Shown one piece after another: positions 1 to 8,832 of a stretch of 52,401 bases of DNA. How positions within the stretch are numbered: the stretch's first letter is position 1; each line of letters opens with the position of its first letter. The DNA comes from Candidatus Levyibacteriota bacterium (GTDB lineage: Bacteria > Patescibacteriota > Microgenomatia > Levybacterales > GWA1-39-11). The DNA is taken from NCBI GenBank assembly GCA_030645455.1, contig JAUSNA010000016.1, positions 1 through 52,401 on the forward strand, in the 5' to 3' direction. A model generated the notes under the pieces. That model saw only the letters and a list, made by a program, of their open reading frames with translations, was not told the DNA's origin and ran no database searches. Position numbers and translations under genes: made by a program.

Positions 1-75
1 GGATCGTATTCTATTGCCTTGACTATGATCTTTATGTCCCTAAAAGGTCTTCCCTTTATTTATTTTCAATTCTGA
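1..75 (+). CDS. MBOAT O-acyltransferase, AlgI/PatA/DltB family (3' end only, truncated by window edge)
   Basis: Frame 1 reads GSYSIALTMIFMSLKGLPFIYFQF*. A terminal FIYFQF is characteristic of AlgI/PatA-type MBOATs. The TGA (73-75) overlaps the ATG of the next gene. Confidence 0.8.
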   Translation, partial: GSYSIALTMIFMSLKGLPFIYFQF

Positions 76-1115
76 TGTCACAAAAAGTCTTTCTATTTAC
101 GCTGTTATTTCTGCCAATTGTCGGATTGGAATTATTACTTCATATTAATGCTGACTTTTTTTCACAAATACTTTTGGGAAATTCGTATATTAATTACTGG
201 AAGCAAGCAGCGCCGCGCATAAATTACTGGCCTGATGCTTTAATCATAGGCAGTTCTGTGGCAAGACAAGACCTGAACATGTCTATACTGCAAAACGAAA
301 TCAACAAGCAAGATTTATCCATAAGTATTGGAAATATCTCTCACAACGCAAGCTCAATGTCGCATGAATATCTTACGCTTAAAAGAATTCTTAAGACGTG
401 TAAAAAATGTCCCAAAACGATTATTTTTCAAATAACCGATATTGCGGTTAAGAAGAATGAGATCTGGCTTTGGAAAGAATCAACTCTTGGCGGAATTCAG
501 AATCTATATTTTCCTGATAATGAGATTGATAGTGCTCTTCTTGAAGCATCACTGCTTGATCCGTATTACAAACAATACCTTGAATCCTTGCGCCTGGAAT
601 TACTGTTAAGATTACCTTTCACAAAAGGTAGAATATTAAGTTTTGTAGAAAACAAGATCTATAAACTGCTCAATCTAACTCAAGAAGATAACTACGAACC
701 GGAATTTATTGATGCTCAGGAACAGTACGCATATCCGGAGTACATGGATGAAAAGAAAAAAAGAATTTCAATGTCTTATGGACGTGATGAATTGTCAAAT
801 TACCAAGTTGGCGGTGTAACTCAATTGTTCTTCCATAAGTTCTTAAATCTAGCAAAGAAAAATAATATAAAGGTCATTCTTGTCGTTATGCCTCAGCATA
901 AGGATTATGTTGAGGCATTTGACGAGCACCAAACAATATTTATGGATTTTGTAAATAAAACTGCAAAAAAATATAACCTTACACTTTTAGATCATCGTGA
1001 ATACAACAATACGAATGATCTAATATTTTTTGACTTGACACACCTCAACATCAAGGGGGCTAGCATTTACTCCAAATATATTGGCCTTCAGCTTGCACGT
1101 GAATTAAAAAAATAA
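75..1115 (+). CDS. SGNH-family membrane-anchored protein (DltD/AlgJ/PatB-like acyltransferase partner)
   Basis: N-terminal TM segment, block-I IIGSS nucleophile motif, C-terminal DxxH (FFDLTHLN). Translationally coupled to the MBOAT gene. Confidence 0.75.
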   Translation: MSQKVFLFTLLFLPIVGLELLLHINADFFSQILLGNSYINYWKQAAPRINYWPDALIIGSSVARQDLNMSILQNEINKQDLSISIGNISHNASSMSHEYLTLKRILKTCKKCPKTIIFQITDIAVKKNEIWLWKESTLGGIQNLYFPDNEIDSALLEASLLDPYYKQYLESLRLELLLRLPFTKGRILSFVENKIYKLLNLTQEDNYEPEFIDAQEQYAYPEYMDEKKKRISMSYGRDELSNYQVGGVTQLFFHKFLNLAKKNNIKVILVVMPQHKDYVEAFDEHQTIFMDFVNKTAKKYNLTLLDHREYNNTNDLIFFDLTHLNIKGASIYSKYIGLQLARELKK

Positions 1116-1125
1116 TTATCAACAA

Positions 1126-1161
1126 TCAATTCTTCTATTTGAGAAATGCGGGGATGTTAAA
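1126..1161 (-). repeat. Degenerate copy of the last 12 codons of ftsZ (direct repeat with 1792-1827)
   Basis: 28/36 nt identical to 1792-1827, including a perfect 16-mer AGAAATGCGGGGATGT (1142-1157 = 1808-1823). Minus-strand translation is FNIPAFLK*KN* versus [11 protein letters not shown]. Confidence 0.9.
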
Positions 1162-1199
1162 AAAATCAGATTGCATCTTGAAAGCTGATTTTATTTTTT
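1162..1199 (+). terminator. Probable intrinsic terminator (possibly bidirectional)
   Basis: Stem AAAATCAG (1162-1169) / CTGATTTT (1185-1192) with imperfect inner pairing. Followed by ATTTTTT and preceded by an A-run. Confidence 0.55.
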
Positions 1200-1225
1200 G
1201 ATTGTAAGGTTTAGAAAATATCAAG

Positions 1226-1234
1226 TGATATAAT
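1226..1234 (+). promoter_or_regulatory. Extended -10 promoter (TGaTATAAT) for the protease gene, likely leaderless
   Basis: TGATATAAT ends 5 nt before ATG 1240. No Shine-Dalgarno is visible. Confidence 0.6.
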
Positions 1235-1239
1235 GCGAG

Positions 1240-1791
1240 ATGAATATGTCTCATGAAGCAAAAGCAAGAATCATCCCGCATGGCGAGAAGGCACAAATAC
1301 TGGACTACGCAATAAAAGCAGCTGGTAGTATAGATGCACCTTCTAGCCCTGAGGCGTTCGCTCGGTTTTGTAGAAATCTATTGGGAATTGACGAAAAACA
1401 CGGACTTTTTGGAGACGAAATACATCAACTGGTAGATAAATTAGGCTTACCTCCAACCGCTTTCTTCAACCCAGGAAACCACTGGACGCTTGTTGTAACT
1501 CCTGGGACAGAACAAATGCGTGTATATGACCCAGTGTCTGGCGTACAAGATGTTTCAACCGACACTAATAAACATATTTATTATTCAATGAGTAAGGGGC
1601 TAATGAGACTTAGTAAAGATGGTTTTTGGAATTTTGGAAGGTTGTTGGAAGACAATTACTCATTACCTGAAGAGCCACTTCAACAACTTGGCGGTTTACA
1701 AACAGATGCCTGGAACTGTGGTCCACTTGCAGTATATGCCGCGACTCTTGCACATGGAGAAAAAAGGTTACTTGAGACTAATAAGGTCTGA
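1240..1791 (+). CDS. Ulp1/SENP-like CE-clan cysteine protease
   Basis: Motifs occur in H-D-Q-C order: GNHWTLVV, VYDP, LQTDAWNCG. This matches the HW…(Y)D…QxDxxxCG signature of CE-clan peptidases. Confidence 0.7.
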   Translation: MNMSHEAKARIIPHGEKAQILDYAIKAAGSIDAPSSPEAFARFCRNLLGIDEKHGLFGDEIHQLVDKLGLPPTAFFNPGNHWTLVVTPGTEQMRVYDPVSGVQDVSTDTNKHIYYSMSKGLMRLSKDGFWNFGRLLEDNYSLPEEPLQQLGGLQTDAWNCGPLAVYAATLAHGEKRLLETNKV

Positions 1792-2946
1792 TTAGTTTTT
1801 TTGTCTTAGAAATGCGGGGATGTCAAAGACGGACTCTTCGTCGTCGTTATTATTTCTTGAAGGTTCTTCTGCCTGATACCCTTGATTTGTGGGGGGTTGA
1901 TTTACAAATGGGGAATTGGTTGGTTGCTGCTGGTTGTAATCCTGATTCTGGTCTTCCATAGTACTTTGAACCATTTGCTGAAGCCTCTTTCTTGACTCAT
2001 CAAATCCTGTTGCAATAAGCGTGATTCGAATGCTATCAAAAGCACCTTTATCAATAGTTGCTCCGAAGATGATATTTGCATCAGGATCTGCAGCTTGGGT
2101 AATAATTCTTGAAGCCTCCTCAACCTCTTGAAGAGAAAGATCCTCTCCTCCCGCGATATTAAATAGTACTCCCCGTGCTCCATCCATACTGACCTCAAGA
2201 AGAGGTGATGATATAGCTTGTCTTGCTGCAATTTGCGCTCTGTTTTCTCCAACTCCAACTCCAAGTCCCATTAGAGCCGTACCTGCATCGTTCATAATCG
2301 CCTTTACATCGGCAAAGTCGACATTAACGTATCCGCTTTGAGTAATAAGATCTGAAATTCCCTTTACCCCGTGTCCTAATACCGAGTCGGCAACACGGAA
2401 TGCCTCAAGAAGAGACAATTTCTTGTCCACACTATCCAAAATTCTCTGATTGGGAACAACGATAAGGGTATCTACAAATTCCTTAAGCTCTTCAATTCCC
2501 TCCTCTGCTGCGACCATTCTTCTTGTACCTTCGAAATTAAAAGGTTTTGTAACAACAGCAACAGTCAATGCACCAAGCTCCTTGGCAATCCTTGCAATGA
2601 TGGGGGTTGCACCTGTTCCGGTTCCTCCACCCATTCCGGCCGTAAGAAACACCATATCAGATCCTTCTAAAAATTGCTTTATCCTCTCTGCGCTTTCCTC
2701 AGCAGCTGCTCTCCCAACTTCTGGATTGCCTCCTGATCCTAGTCCGCGTGTAATATTTTCACCAATCTGAAGTTTTGATGCAGCTTGTGAATTGAGAAGT
2801 GCTTGTGCGTCTGTATTAACCGATATAAAATCTACTCCGTCGATTTGTCCGTCTAAGACCATCGAATTCGTAGCATTTCCTCCGCCTCCGCCAATTCCCA
2901 TGACTCTTATTTTTGCGAAACTTGCTGTTTGAGGCTTAATTAACAT
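1792..2946 (-). CDS. ftsZ: Cell division protein FtsZ
   Basis: [16 protein letters not shown], tubulin signature GGGTGTG, NVDFADV, and C-terminal core peptide DIPAFLR. Confidence 0.99.
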   Translation of the reverse strand: MLIKPQTASFAKIRVMGIGGGGGNATNSMVLDGQIDGVDFISVNTDAQALLNSQAASKLQIGENITRGLGSGGNPEVGRAAAEESAERIKQFLEGSDMVFLTAGMGGGTGTGATPIIARIAKELGALTVAVVTKPFNFEGTRRMVAAEEGIEELKEFVDTLIVVPNQRILDSVDKKLSLLEAFRVADSVLGHGVKGISDLITQSGYVNVDFADVKAIMNDAGTALMGLGVGVGENRAQIAARQAISSPLLEVSMDGARGVLFNIAGGEDLSLQEVEEASRIITQAADPDANIIFGATIDKGAFDSIRITLIATGFDESRKRLQQMVQSTMEDQNQDYNQQQPTNSPFVNQPPTNQGYQAEEPSRNNNDDEESVFDIPAFLRQKN

Positions 2947-3011
2947 ATAGAAGTATGACCAATACTATCACACGTTAAATCAATTTTCAACGAAATAGAA
3001 AAGTGGTAAAT

Positions 3012-4316
3012 TTAGCGCTTTGGGAGGAATTTTTTGAGCAGCTTGGTAATTGAAGATATTCCTTTAAAGTCAAATTTAAATCCTGTGATCATGCTAGAAA
3101 GACCGGGGCCAGCAACTCCCTCTCCTCTAAAATTTCTCGAGTATTCCAAAAGACCTACTGCAGTTGCAAAAGTAGGTGACTCGACGTCATCAATAAGTCC
3201 TGCGATGTTTTGAGGAACTCCGACCCTAACCGTCATTGACAACATCCTCTTTGCACTATCCTCAGCGCCAACTGTCTTTGCTCCACCGCCTGTAATAACG
3301 AGTCCTGCCGGTGTTTGGGTTGCAAATCCGCTTTTTTTGATTTCCAGTGCAATCATTGTAAATAATTCGTTAAGTCTTGGCTTGATGATACCTTCAACCA
3401 GAGTTTTTGATGAAACTTTTTTTACGTCCTCCGGCAAATGCAACTCATTTAGATCCAACTCGTCTTCCTCTTGTCTGTTCCTTCTCTGGCCGGGCTCAAG
3501 TTCGGGCATTCTCACTCTTTTTGTGTAGTGTTTTGAGAGATAAAGCTTTATTTTTTCAGCACTTTCGAGGGAAATCTTAAGTCCAATCGCCAAGTCATTT
3601 GTTATATGCCGTGCTCCGATCGGCACAACGCTTGTGTAGGAAAGTGACCCGTCGACATAAATTGCTATATTGGTAACCCCGGCACCGATATCAGCCAAAA
3701 CTACTCCCAATTCTTTTTCAGTATCCGAAAGAACAGATAGTGAGGACGCAAGCCCCGCAAAAACAAGACTTTGGACGTTGACTCCAGCCTCAGAGGATAA
3801 AATTTTCTCTACATTTTTAACACCTGCGGAATTAGCTGTGATAATATGAGTGTCAACCTCAAGTCTTACGCCTGACATACCAACCGGATCCTTTATTCCC
3901 CCCTCACCGTCAACCGTAAATGTTTTTGGTATAACGTGGATAATTTCTCTGGTTGAGGGAAGACTCACAGCTCCTGCTGCCTCCAATACTCTTTCAACGT
4001 CGTATTCGGAGATTTCACCGTCAGGCTGACTGACTGCAACTACCCCTTTTGAATTTTGAGACTCGATATTTACCCCCGAAACTGAAACAAAAACACGGTC
4101 AATTGAGTGACCGGCCATCCGTTCCGCGCTATCTAATGAGGTATTAATTGCATCGGATGCCTCTTCAATATTTACAATTTGGCCTTTTTTAACACCTTTT
4201 GAAAGAGATTCTGATACTCCCAGAATATTTATGATGTCTTCATCAATGCGGCCGATAAGAGTTGCGATTTTTGAGGATCCAATATCAATCCCCACGACAA
4301 TATCAGCATTTTTCAT
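3012..4316 (-). CDS. ftsA: Cell division protein FtsA
   Basis: GIDIGSSKI, DIGAGVT, ITNDLAIGL and ITGGGA motifs. Lies upstream of ftsZ. Confidence 0.98.
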   Translation of the reverse strand: MKNADIVVGIDIGSSKIATLIGRIDEDIINILGVSESLSKGVKKGQIVNIEEASDAINTSLDSAERMAGHSIDRVFVSVSGVNIESQNSKGVVAVSQPDGEISEYDVERVLEAAGAVSLPSTREIIHVIPKTFTVDGEGGIKDPVGMSGVRLEVDTHIITANSAGVKNVEKILSSEAGVNVQSLVFAGLASSLSVLSDTEKELGVVLADIGAGVTNIAIYVDGSLSYTSVVPIGARHITNDLAIGLKISLESAEKIKLYLSKHYTKRVRMPELEPGQRRNRQEEDELDLNELHLPEDVKKVSSKTLVEGIIKPRLNELFTMIALEIKKSGFATQTPAGLVITGGGAKTVGAEDSAKRMLSMTVRVGVPQNIAGLIDDVESPTFATAVGLLEYSRNFRGEGVAGPGLSSMITGFKFDFKGISSITKLLKKFLPKR

Positions 4317-4338
4317 ATAAACAAGTTTAGTAGAAGCT

Positions 4339-4848
4339 CTAAAATTTTACAATAGGCTTATTGTACCTCAAATCGATGGAAATTGCTTGTTTACCGTCCA
4401 GTGTAACCTGCCTGTCTATAGCCTCAACCAAATCCATTTGGATCCCTATATCCTTATATTTTGTAACAATTACTTTTGTTTTCCCATTAAGGGTAAAGCT
4501 GATAAGTGCCGCTTCGGTTGCAAATGTAATACCCGTAATAGGTAACCGGCTTTCCTCGATGATCTCTTTTGCCCGGTTGTCGTCAATAATTACTGTTCCT
4601 TGTGGAGTTATAAGCTCTTCGTTTTTTGCAACAAAAAACTCTATTACATAAAATCTAATCAAATAAAGAAAAGCTGAAAGCGTAGCTATTACTGCAAGAA
4701 ATATCAAAAATGTTCTGATTATTTTTTTATATTCCCTGTGCTTTTTTGCTTTGACGAATGGACGAATCTCGGCCTTTTTTCTTCTTCTAAATAATGATAC
4801 CTTTCGTCTTTTATGTGGGGCGGACGCCACTACTTCCTCTTTTTCCAT
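4339..4848 (-). CDS. ftsQ: Short FtsQ/DivIB-like protein
   Basis: Basic N-terminus, single TM, C-terminal IDLRY motif typical of the FtsQ beta domain. Sits between murG and ftsA. Confidence 0.6.
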   Translation of the reverse strand: MEKEEVVASAPHKRRKVSLFRRRKKAEIRPFVKAKKHREYKKIIRTFLIFLAVIATLSAFLYLIRFYVIEFFVAKNEELITPQGTVIIDDNRAKEIIEESRLPITGITFATEAALISFTLNGKTKVIVTKYKDIGIQMDLVEAIDRQVTLDGKQAISIDLRYNKPIVKF

Positions 4849-5935
4849 ATAATTCTATTTGTTCAATTATCTTGTCGGCCGCATCTTGGTGTACATATTT
4901 TGATGCATCCGCAGCTTTTTTGGCATATTTTTCTCTATTATTTATCATAGCATGTATTAGCGCGACAAGACCCTCTCTTGTTACGTCTTTTTGCTCAAGA
5001 AATTCACCCATACCCGTATTTACATAAAGCTTGGCATTGTCTTTTTGCTCACTTTTTTGACCATGCGGCAAGGGAATAAGAAGACCAACAGCGCCTGTTG
5101 CCATAAGCTCCAAAACAGTATTTGCACCTGACCGCGAAATTACAAGAACTGCGTTTTGAAAAAAAGATGCAACTTCTTGAGGTGAAAAAAATTCGGAAAC
5201 AGTATATTTTTTTGAATATTCGAGAGACAAAGTCTTTTTAAATTGTGTCAACGTTGCAAAATCATTAAATTCAGCAGCATTACCTGTCTGGTGAACAACG
5301 GAGTACTTATTAAGCAATTCGGGTAAAATAGAATATATCGTTTCATTAATAAAATGCGCCCCAGTACTACCGCCCGTTATGTATATAAAAGGTTTTGTGA
5401 TGGCTAGAGGAAGAGCATTATCCTCAAAAATTTCACTGCGCAATGGGTTTCCTGTCAAAACAGTATTTGCATTTTTGAAGTATTCCCTTGATGCTTCATA
5501 AGACAGACAGACAACTCGCGCAATACGCGCAATTGCTTTTGATGCCAGTCCTGCTCGTTGAGTTTGTTCATGAAGAACGACCGGTATGCGAAGTAATGAT
5601 GCGGCAACGGCTACCGGAAGACCAACGTAGCCGCCAAATGTAACTATAACATCAGGTTTGAACTCCATAAGTATTTTATATGCACTATATATCCCTCTCG
5701 GAAAACGCAGGAGTGGGGGAACGGAATGTAGGGTAAATTTCCGCTGTAGCCTACCCGCATTTATTTCCTTAAATGAAATTCTTTCTCTCTGACAGACTTT
5801 ATACTCATAAGTTTCATTAACTTCTCCTTCAAAGGCATATTTTCTTCCTACTACCAAAATATCATTATCACTTTTTATTTTTTGAATAACCGAATACGCA
5901 GGACTGAAATGCCCTCCCGTAATAACAATTCTCAT
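4811..5935 (-). CDS. murG: Lipid I GlcNAc transferase MurG
   Basis: ITGGHFSPA, GGYVGLP, LHEQ, TGNPLR, TGGSTGA, SRSGANT and EQKDNA motifs. Confidence 0.96.
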   Translation of the reverse strand: MRIVITGGHFSPAYSVIQKIKSDNDILVVGRKYAFEGEVNETYEYKVCQRERISFKEINAGRLQRKFTLHSVPPLLRFPRGIYSAYKILMEFKPDVIVTFGGYVGLPVAVAASLLRIPVVLHEQTQRAGLASKAIARIARVVCLSYEASREYFKNANTVLTGNPLRSEIFEDNALPLAITKPFIYITGGSTGAHFINETIYSILPELLNKYSVVHQTGNAAEFNDFATLTQFKKTLSLEYSKKYTVSEFFSPQEVASFFQNAVLVISRSGANTVLELMATGAVGLLIPLPHGQKSEQKDNAKLYVNTGMGEFLEQKDVTREGLVALIHAMINNREKYAKKAADASKYVHQDAADKIIEQIELYGKRGSSGVRPT

Positions 5936-5970
5936 GATCTCCTCCTTCTGAGTCTCCCAAGTGTCCCTCT

Positions 5971-7077
5971 TTAAATTCGGTGAAGTGAACTATTTTTTCT
6001 CGGCGTAACACTTTTATCAAGGGCAATATTAAGCAGTAATCCTATTGCAACGAAATTTATAAGCATTGAGCTTCCACCATACGAAATAAATGGCAACGGT
6101 ACACCGGTCAAAGGAATAAGAATCGCCTGCGATGCAAGATTTATGAGCGTTTGAATGGTCAGAAAAACCGTAATTCCTGTTGCCATAAGCTTCCCAAATT
6201 GAGTCTTTGCATTCATCGCAATCATGATCCCTATTGCCGATAAGCTCATGTATAGACCAACCAAAATTACACTACCGATATATCCGGCTTCTTCAGCAAA
6301 AATTGCAAAAATTGAATCTGTCGTGTGCTCAGGCAAATACGCGTACTTCTGTACTGAATTTCCAAACCCAACGCCGCTTAATCCCCCCGACCCAAGGGCA
6401 ATTACAATTTGCTTGGTGTGATATGAGGTAGTGTCCAAGTTATTTACATCAACATTTTGAAAAGCCGTCATCCTTTGCACTCGGTATGGCGATGCCCCTG
6501 CAACTAGCACCACACCCAATATTCCCACCAGTAAAATCGGTGCTATCTCACGTATAGAGGCACCTGAGACAAAATATACGATAAATGAAGTTGCACCGAT
6601 AATAATGGAAGTTTTAAGATCGGGCTGGAGCAAAACAAGACCGCACGCAACACCAATCAGTAGCAGTAGCGCGGGCAGTCTTCCTTTTTCTTTGACGCTC
6701 AACCACGACGCAAGATATAAAGACAAAGTAATTTTTAATAGCTCGGAAGGCTGAAATACTGAAATACCAAGATTGATCCACCTGCGGGATCCGTTGAGCT
6801 CAAGTCCAATCCCCGGCAGAAAAACCAAAACAAGAAACCCTAAAGTTGTCAAAAGAAGCGGTAGGGATAAATTGTATAAAAAACTTTCCTTAAGACGGGA
6901 TACAAAAAGAGCAGCAACCATCCCAAGTGCGATCCAAATACTTTGGTTTTTGATAAAGTAATATTTATCTTTCAAATCTAGCTGTGCGGTGTAAGAAGAA
7001 CTATCGTAAAGAATAAAAAGTCCAAGAGTTGTGAGAATACAAATTAAGACAAGCAGGGACAGGACGAGTCTGTTCAT
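5971..7077 (-). CDS. ftsW: SEDS family peptidoglycan polymerase FtsW
   Basis: RRWI, FQPSELLK, QPD, YLPEHTTDSIF and TGVPLPFISYGGSS motifs. Confidence 0.96.
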   Translation of the reverse strand: MNRLVLSLLVLICILTTLGLFILYDSSSYTAQLDLKDKYYFIKNQSIWIALGMVAALFVSRLKESFLYNLSLPLLLTTLGFLVLVFLPGIGLELNGSRRWINLGISVFQPSELLKITLSLYLASWLSVKEKGRLPALLLLIGVACGLVLLQPDLKTSIIIGATSFIVYFVSGASIREIAPILLVGILGVVLVAGASPYRVQRMTAFQNVDVNNLDTTSYHTKQIVIALGSGGLSGVGFGNSVQKYAYLPEHTTDSIFAIFAEEAGYIGSVILVGLYMSLSAIGIMIAMNAKTQFGKLMATGITVFLTIQTLINLASQAILIPLTGVPLPFISYGGSSMLINFVAIGLLLNIALDKSVTPRKNSSLHRI

Positions 7078-8085
7078 TTAATTTATGAAAGCAAGATAAA
7101 GACCAACCATTGCAAAAGCAAATCCCATAAGCCAACCGCGCATAACAACTTTTGGCTCTTCCCAACCCTTCTTGAGAAAATACAGATGGAGAGGTGCAAT
7201 GGGAAAAGCTTTTCTCTTGAGGAACTTTTTAGAAAGTATTTGAATCAAAGAAGAACCGACTTCAACTACATATACTCCGCCAATTACGGCAACGGCAATT
7301 TCTTTTCCGGTTAGAAGCCCTATTACGGCAAGCGCCGCTCCTAAAGATAGAGACCCTACGTCCCCGAGCCAAAGACGTGCTTTGTAAATATTAAAATAAA
7401 GAAATGCCCCGACGGAACCCAGTAAAATTGCTATATAGATAGCAAGAAATTCATTAAGTAATGACTTTGAAATAACTAGAAATGCACAAAGACAAATAAG
7501 GAGCACACCGCTTGCCAATCCATCAAGTCCATCCGTAATATTGAAAGCATTAGTAAAGCTGACGATAACAAATGCCGCAAAAAGGATATAGAGGGGCCCG
7601 AGCATGATTTCCCCCATAGCAGGGATGTGTACAAAAGTGTAGCCGTTGGCGTACATAACCCACCCGACTATCAATGCTAGTACCCACTGAATAACAAATT
7701 TATGCTTAAAGCGCAGACCAAAAAATCCGGTCCTCTCAACATTAAGAATTTTTTTAAGGTCGTCATAAAAACCTAACGCGCCAAAACCGATAAAAGTAAA
7801 AAGGAGCACAAATATCTCCCACAGTCTTACCTGTACACTAAAAAGTCCATAAGCCCACAAGGTCAAAAGGGTGACAACAAAAATTATAAGTAGCCCACCG
7901 CCGATTGGCGTTCCTACTTTCCATTCATGCAATTTATCAAAAACATAAGTTCTATTATTAAAAATGTCCCTCGTTTTTTGCTTTTGGCGTTGCATTTTCA
8001 TACGGTACAAAAAGTCGATAAAGGGGACTATTAAAATTGAGGTTATAAAAAGTGAAAGAATTACAAATCCAAATACTTTATCCAT
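7078..8085 (-). CDS. mraY: Phospho-N-acetylmuramoyl-pentapeptide transferase MraY
   Basis: TPIGGG, GFYDD, NITDGLDGLA, GDVGS and WEEPKVV motifs. ATG at 8085; an alternative TTG start lies at 8118. Confidence 0.95.
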   Translation of the reverse strand: MDKVFGFVILSLFITSILIVPFIDFLYRMKMQRQKQKTRDIFNNRTYVFDKLHEWKVGTPIGGGLLIIFVVTLLTLWAYGLFSVQVRLWEIFVLLFTFIGFGALGFYDDLKKILNVERTGFFGLRFKHKFVIQWVLALIVGWVMYANGYTFVHIPAMGEIMLGPLYILFAAFVIVSFTNAFNITDGLDGLASGVLLICLCAFLVISKSLLNEFLAIYIAILLGSVGAFLYFNIYKARLWLGDVGSLSLGAALAVIGLLTGKEIAVAVIGGVYVVEVGSSLIQILSKKFLKRKAFPIAPLHLYFLKKGWEEPKVVMRGWLMGFAFAMVGLYLAFIN

Positions 8086-8124
8086 ATTGGTTGACACGCT
8101 CAATTGAATGAGCAACAAGGCTGA

Positions 8125-8153
8125 ATTATACAGTCTATCCTTATATTTTACAA
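8125..8153 (-). promoter_or_regulatory. Sigma70-type internal promoter upstream of mraY
   Basis: TTGTAA (8153-8148), 17-nt spacer, TATAAT (8130-8125). Confidence 0.6.
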
Positions 8154-8187
8154 CGAATCTAAGGCGAATAGGAAGTAAATGTTATGG

Positions 8188-8832
8188 TTACTTTAAGGTC
8201 GTCTTGGAAAGATATGTACCTTTGACGGAAATCAGGGGAAAAACCAATGATTCGCAAGCTAAAACTGTTCCGGGGTTAATAACAGCACTGACCCCAATAA
8301 AGGTCTTGTCTCCAATTATGCTCCCCATTTTCTCCATATTTGTTGGAATTCTTTCTTCGCCATTCTTTATTACTACATTTTGTCTATCAAACCGCCAATT
8401 CGCAAGCGTGGCTCCACCCGATATATTGCAATTACTTCCAACAATACTATCCCCTATGTAGTTAAGATGCGCAAGAGCAGTATCTCCTAAAATTGTCGAA
8501 TGCTTTACCTCCGTCGCATGACCGACATTCACATTTTCACCCACAAGAACATCTCCCCGTAAGAATGCTGCATGGCCAATGGTTGAATTATGACCGATAA
8601 TAGCACTCCCCTTGATCCTTGCAGTATCATCTATGGTAACGTTGCGTCCGACAAACACATTTTCACTTATCTGCTTGTACTCTGCGGCGTAATTTGTGTT
8701 TTTAAAATCGGAAATAAAATCAGATATCTTAGGCAGAACTTCCCAGGGATACTCACACGAAGAAAAAAGATCATTAAAAATCCCTACTGTTTTGAAAAAC
8801 TGAGAATAATGAAATGGCGAATCAGTTTTCAT
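8188..8832 (-). CDS. Hexapeptide-repeat acetyltransferase resembling the GlmU C-terminal domain
   Basis: Left-handed beta-helix repeats, EVKHS, HLNYIGDSIVG, ANWRFD and IIGD…PGT. Overlaps the GlmU N-domain gene. Confidence 0.8.
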   Translation of the reverse strand: MKTDSPFHYSQFFKTVGIFNDLFSSCEYPWEVLPKISDFISDFKNTNYAAEYKQISENVFVGRNVTIDDTARIKGSAIIGHNSTIGHAAFLRGDVLVGENVNVGHATEVKHSTILGDTALAHLNYIGDSIVGSNCNISGGATLANWRFDRQNVVIKNGEERIPTNMEKMGSIIGDKTFIGVSAVINPGTVLACESLVFPLISVKGTYLSKTTLK

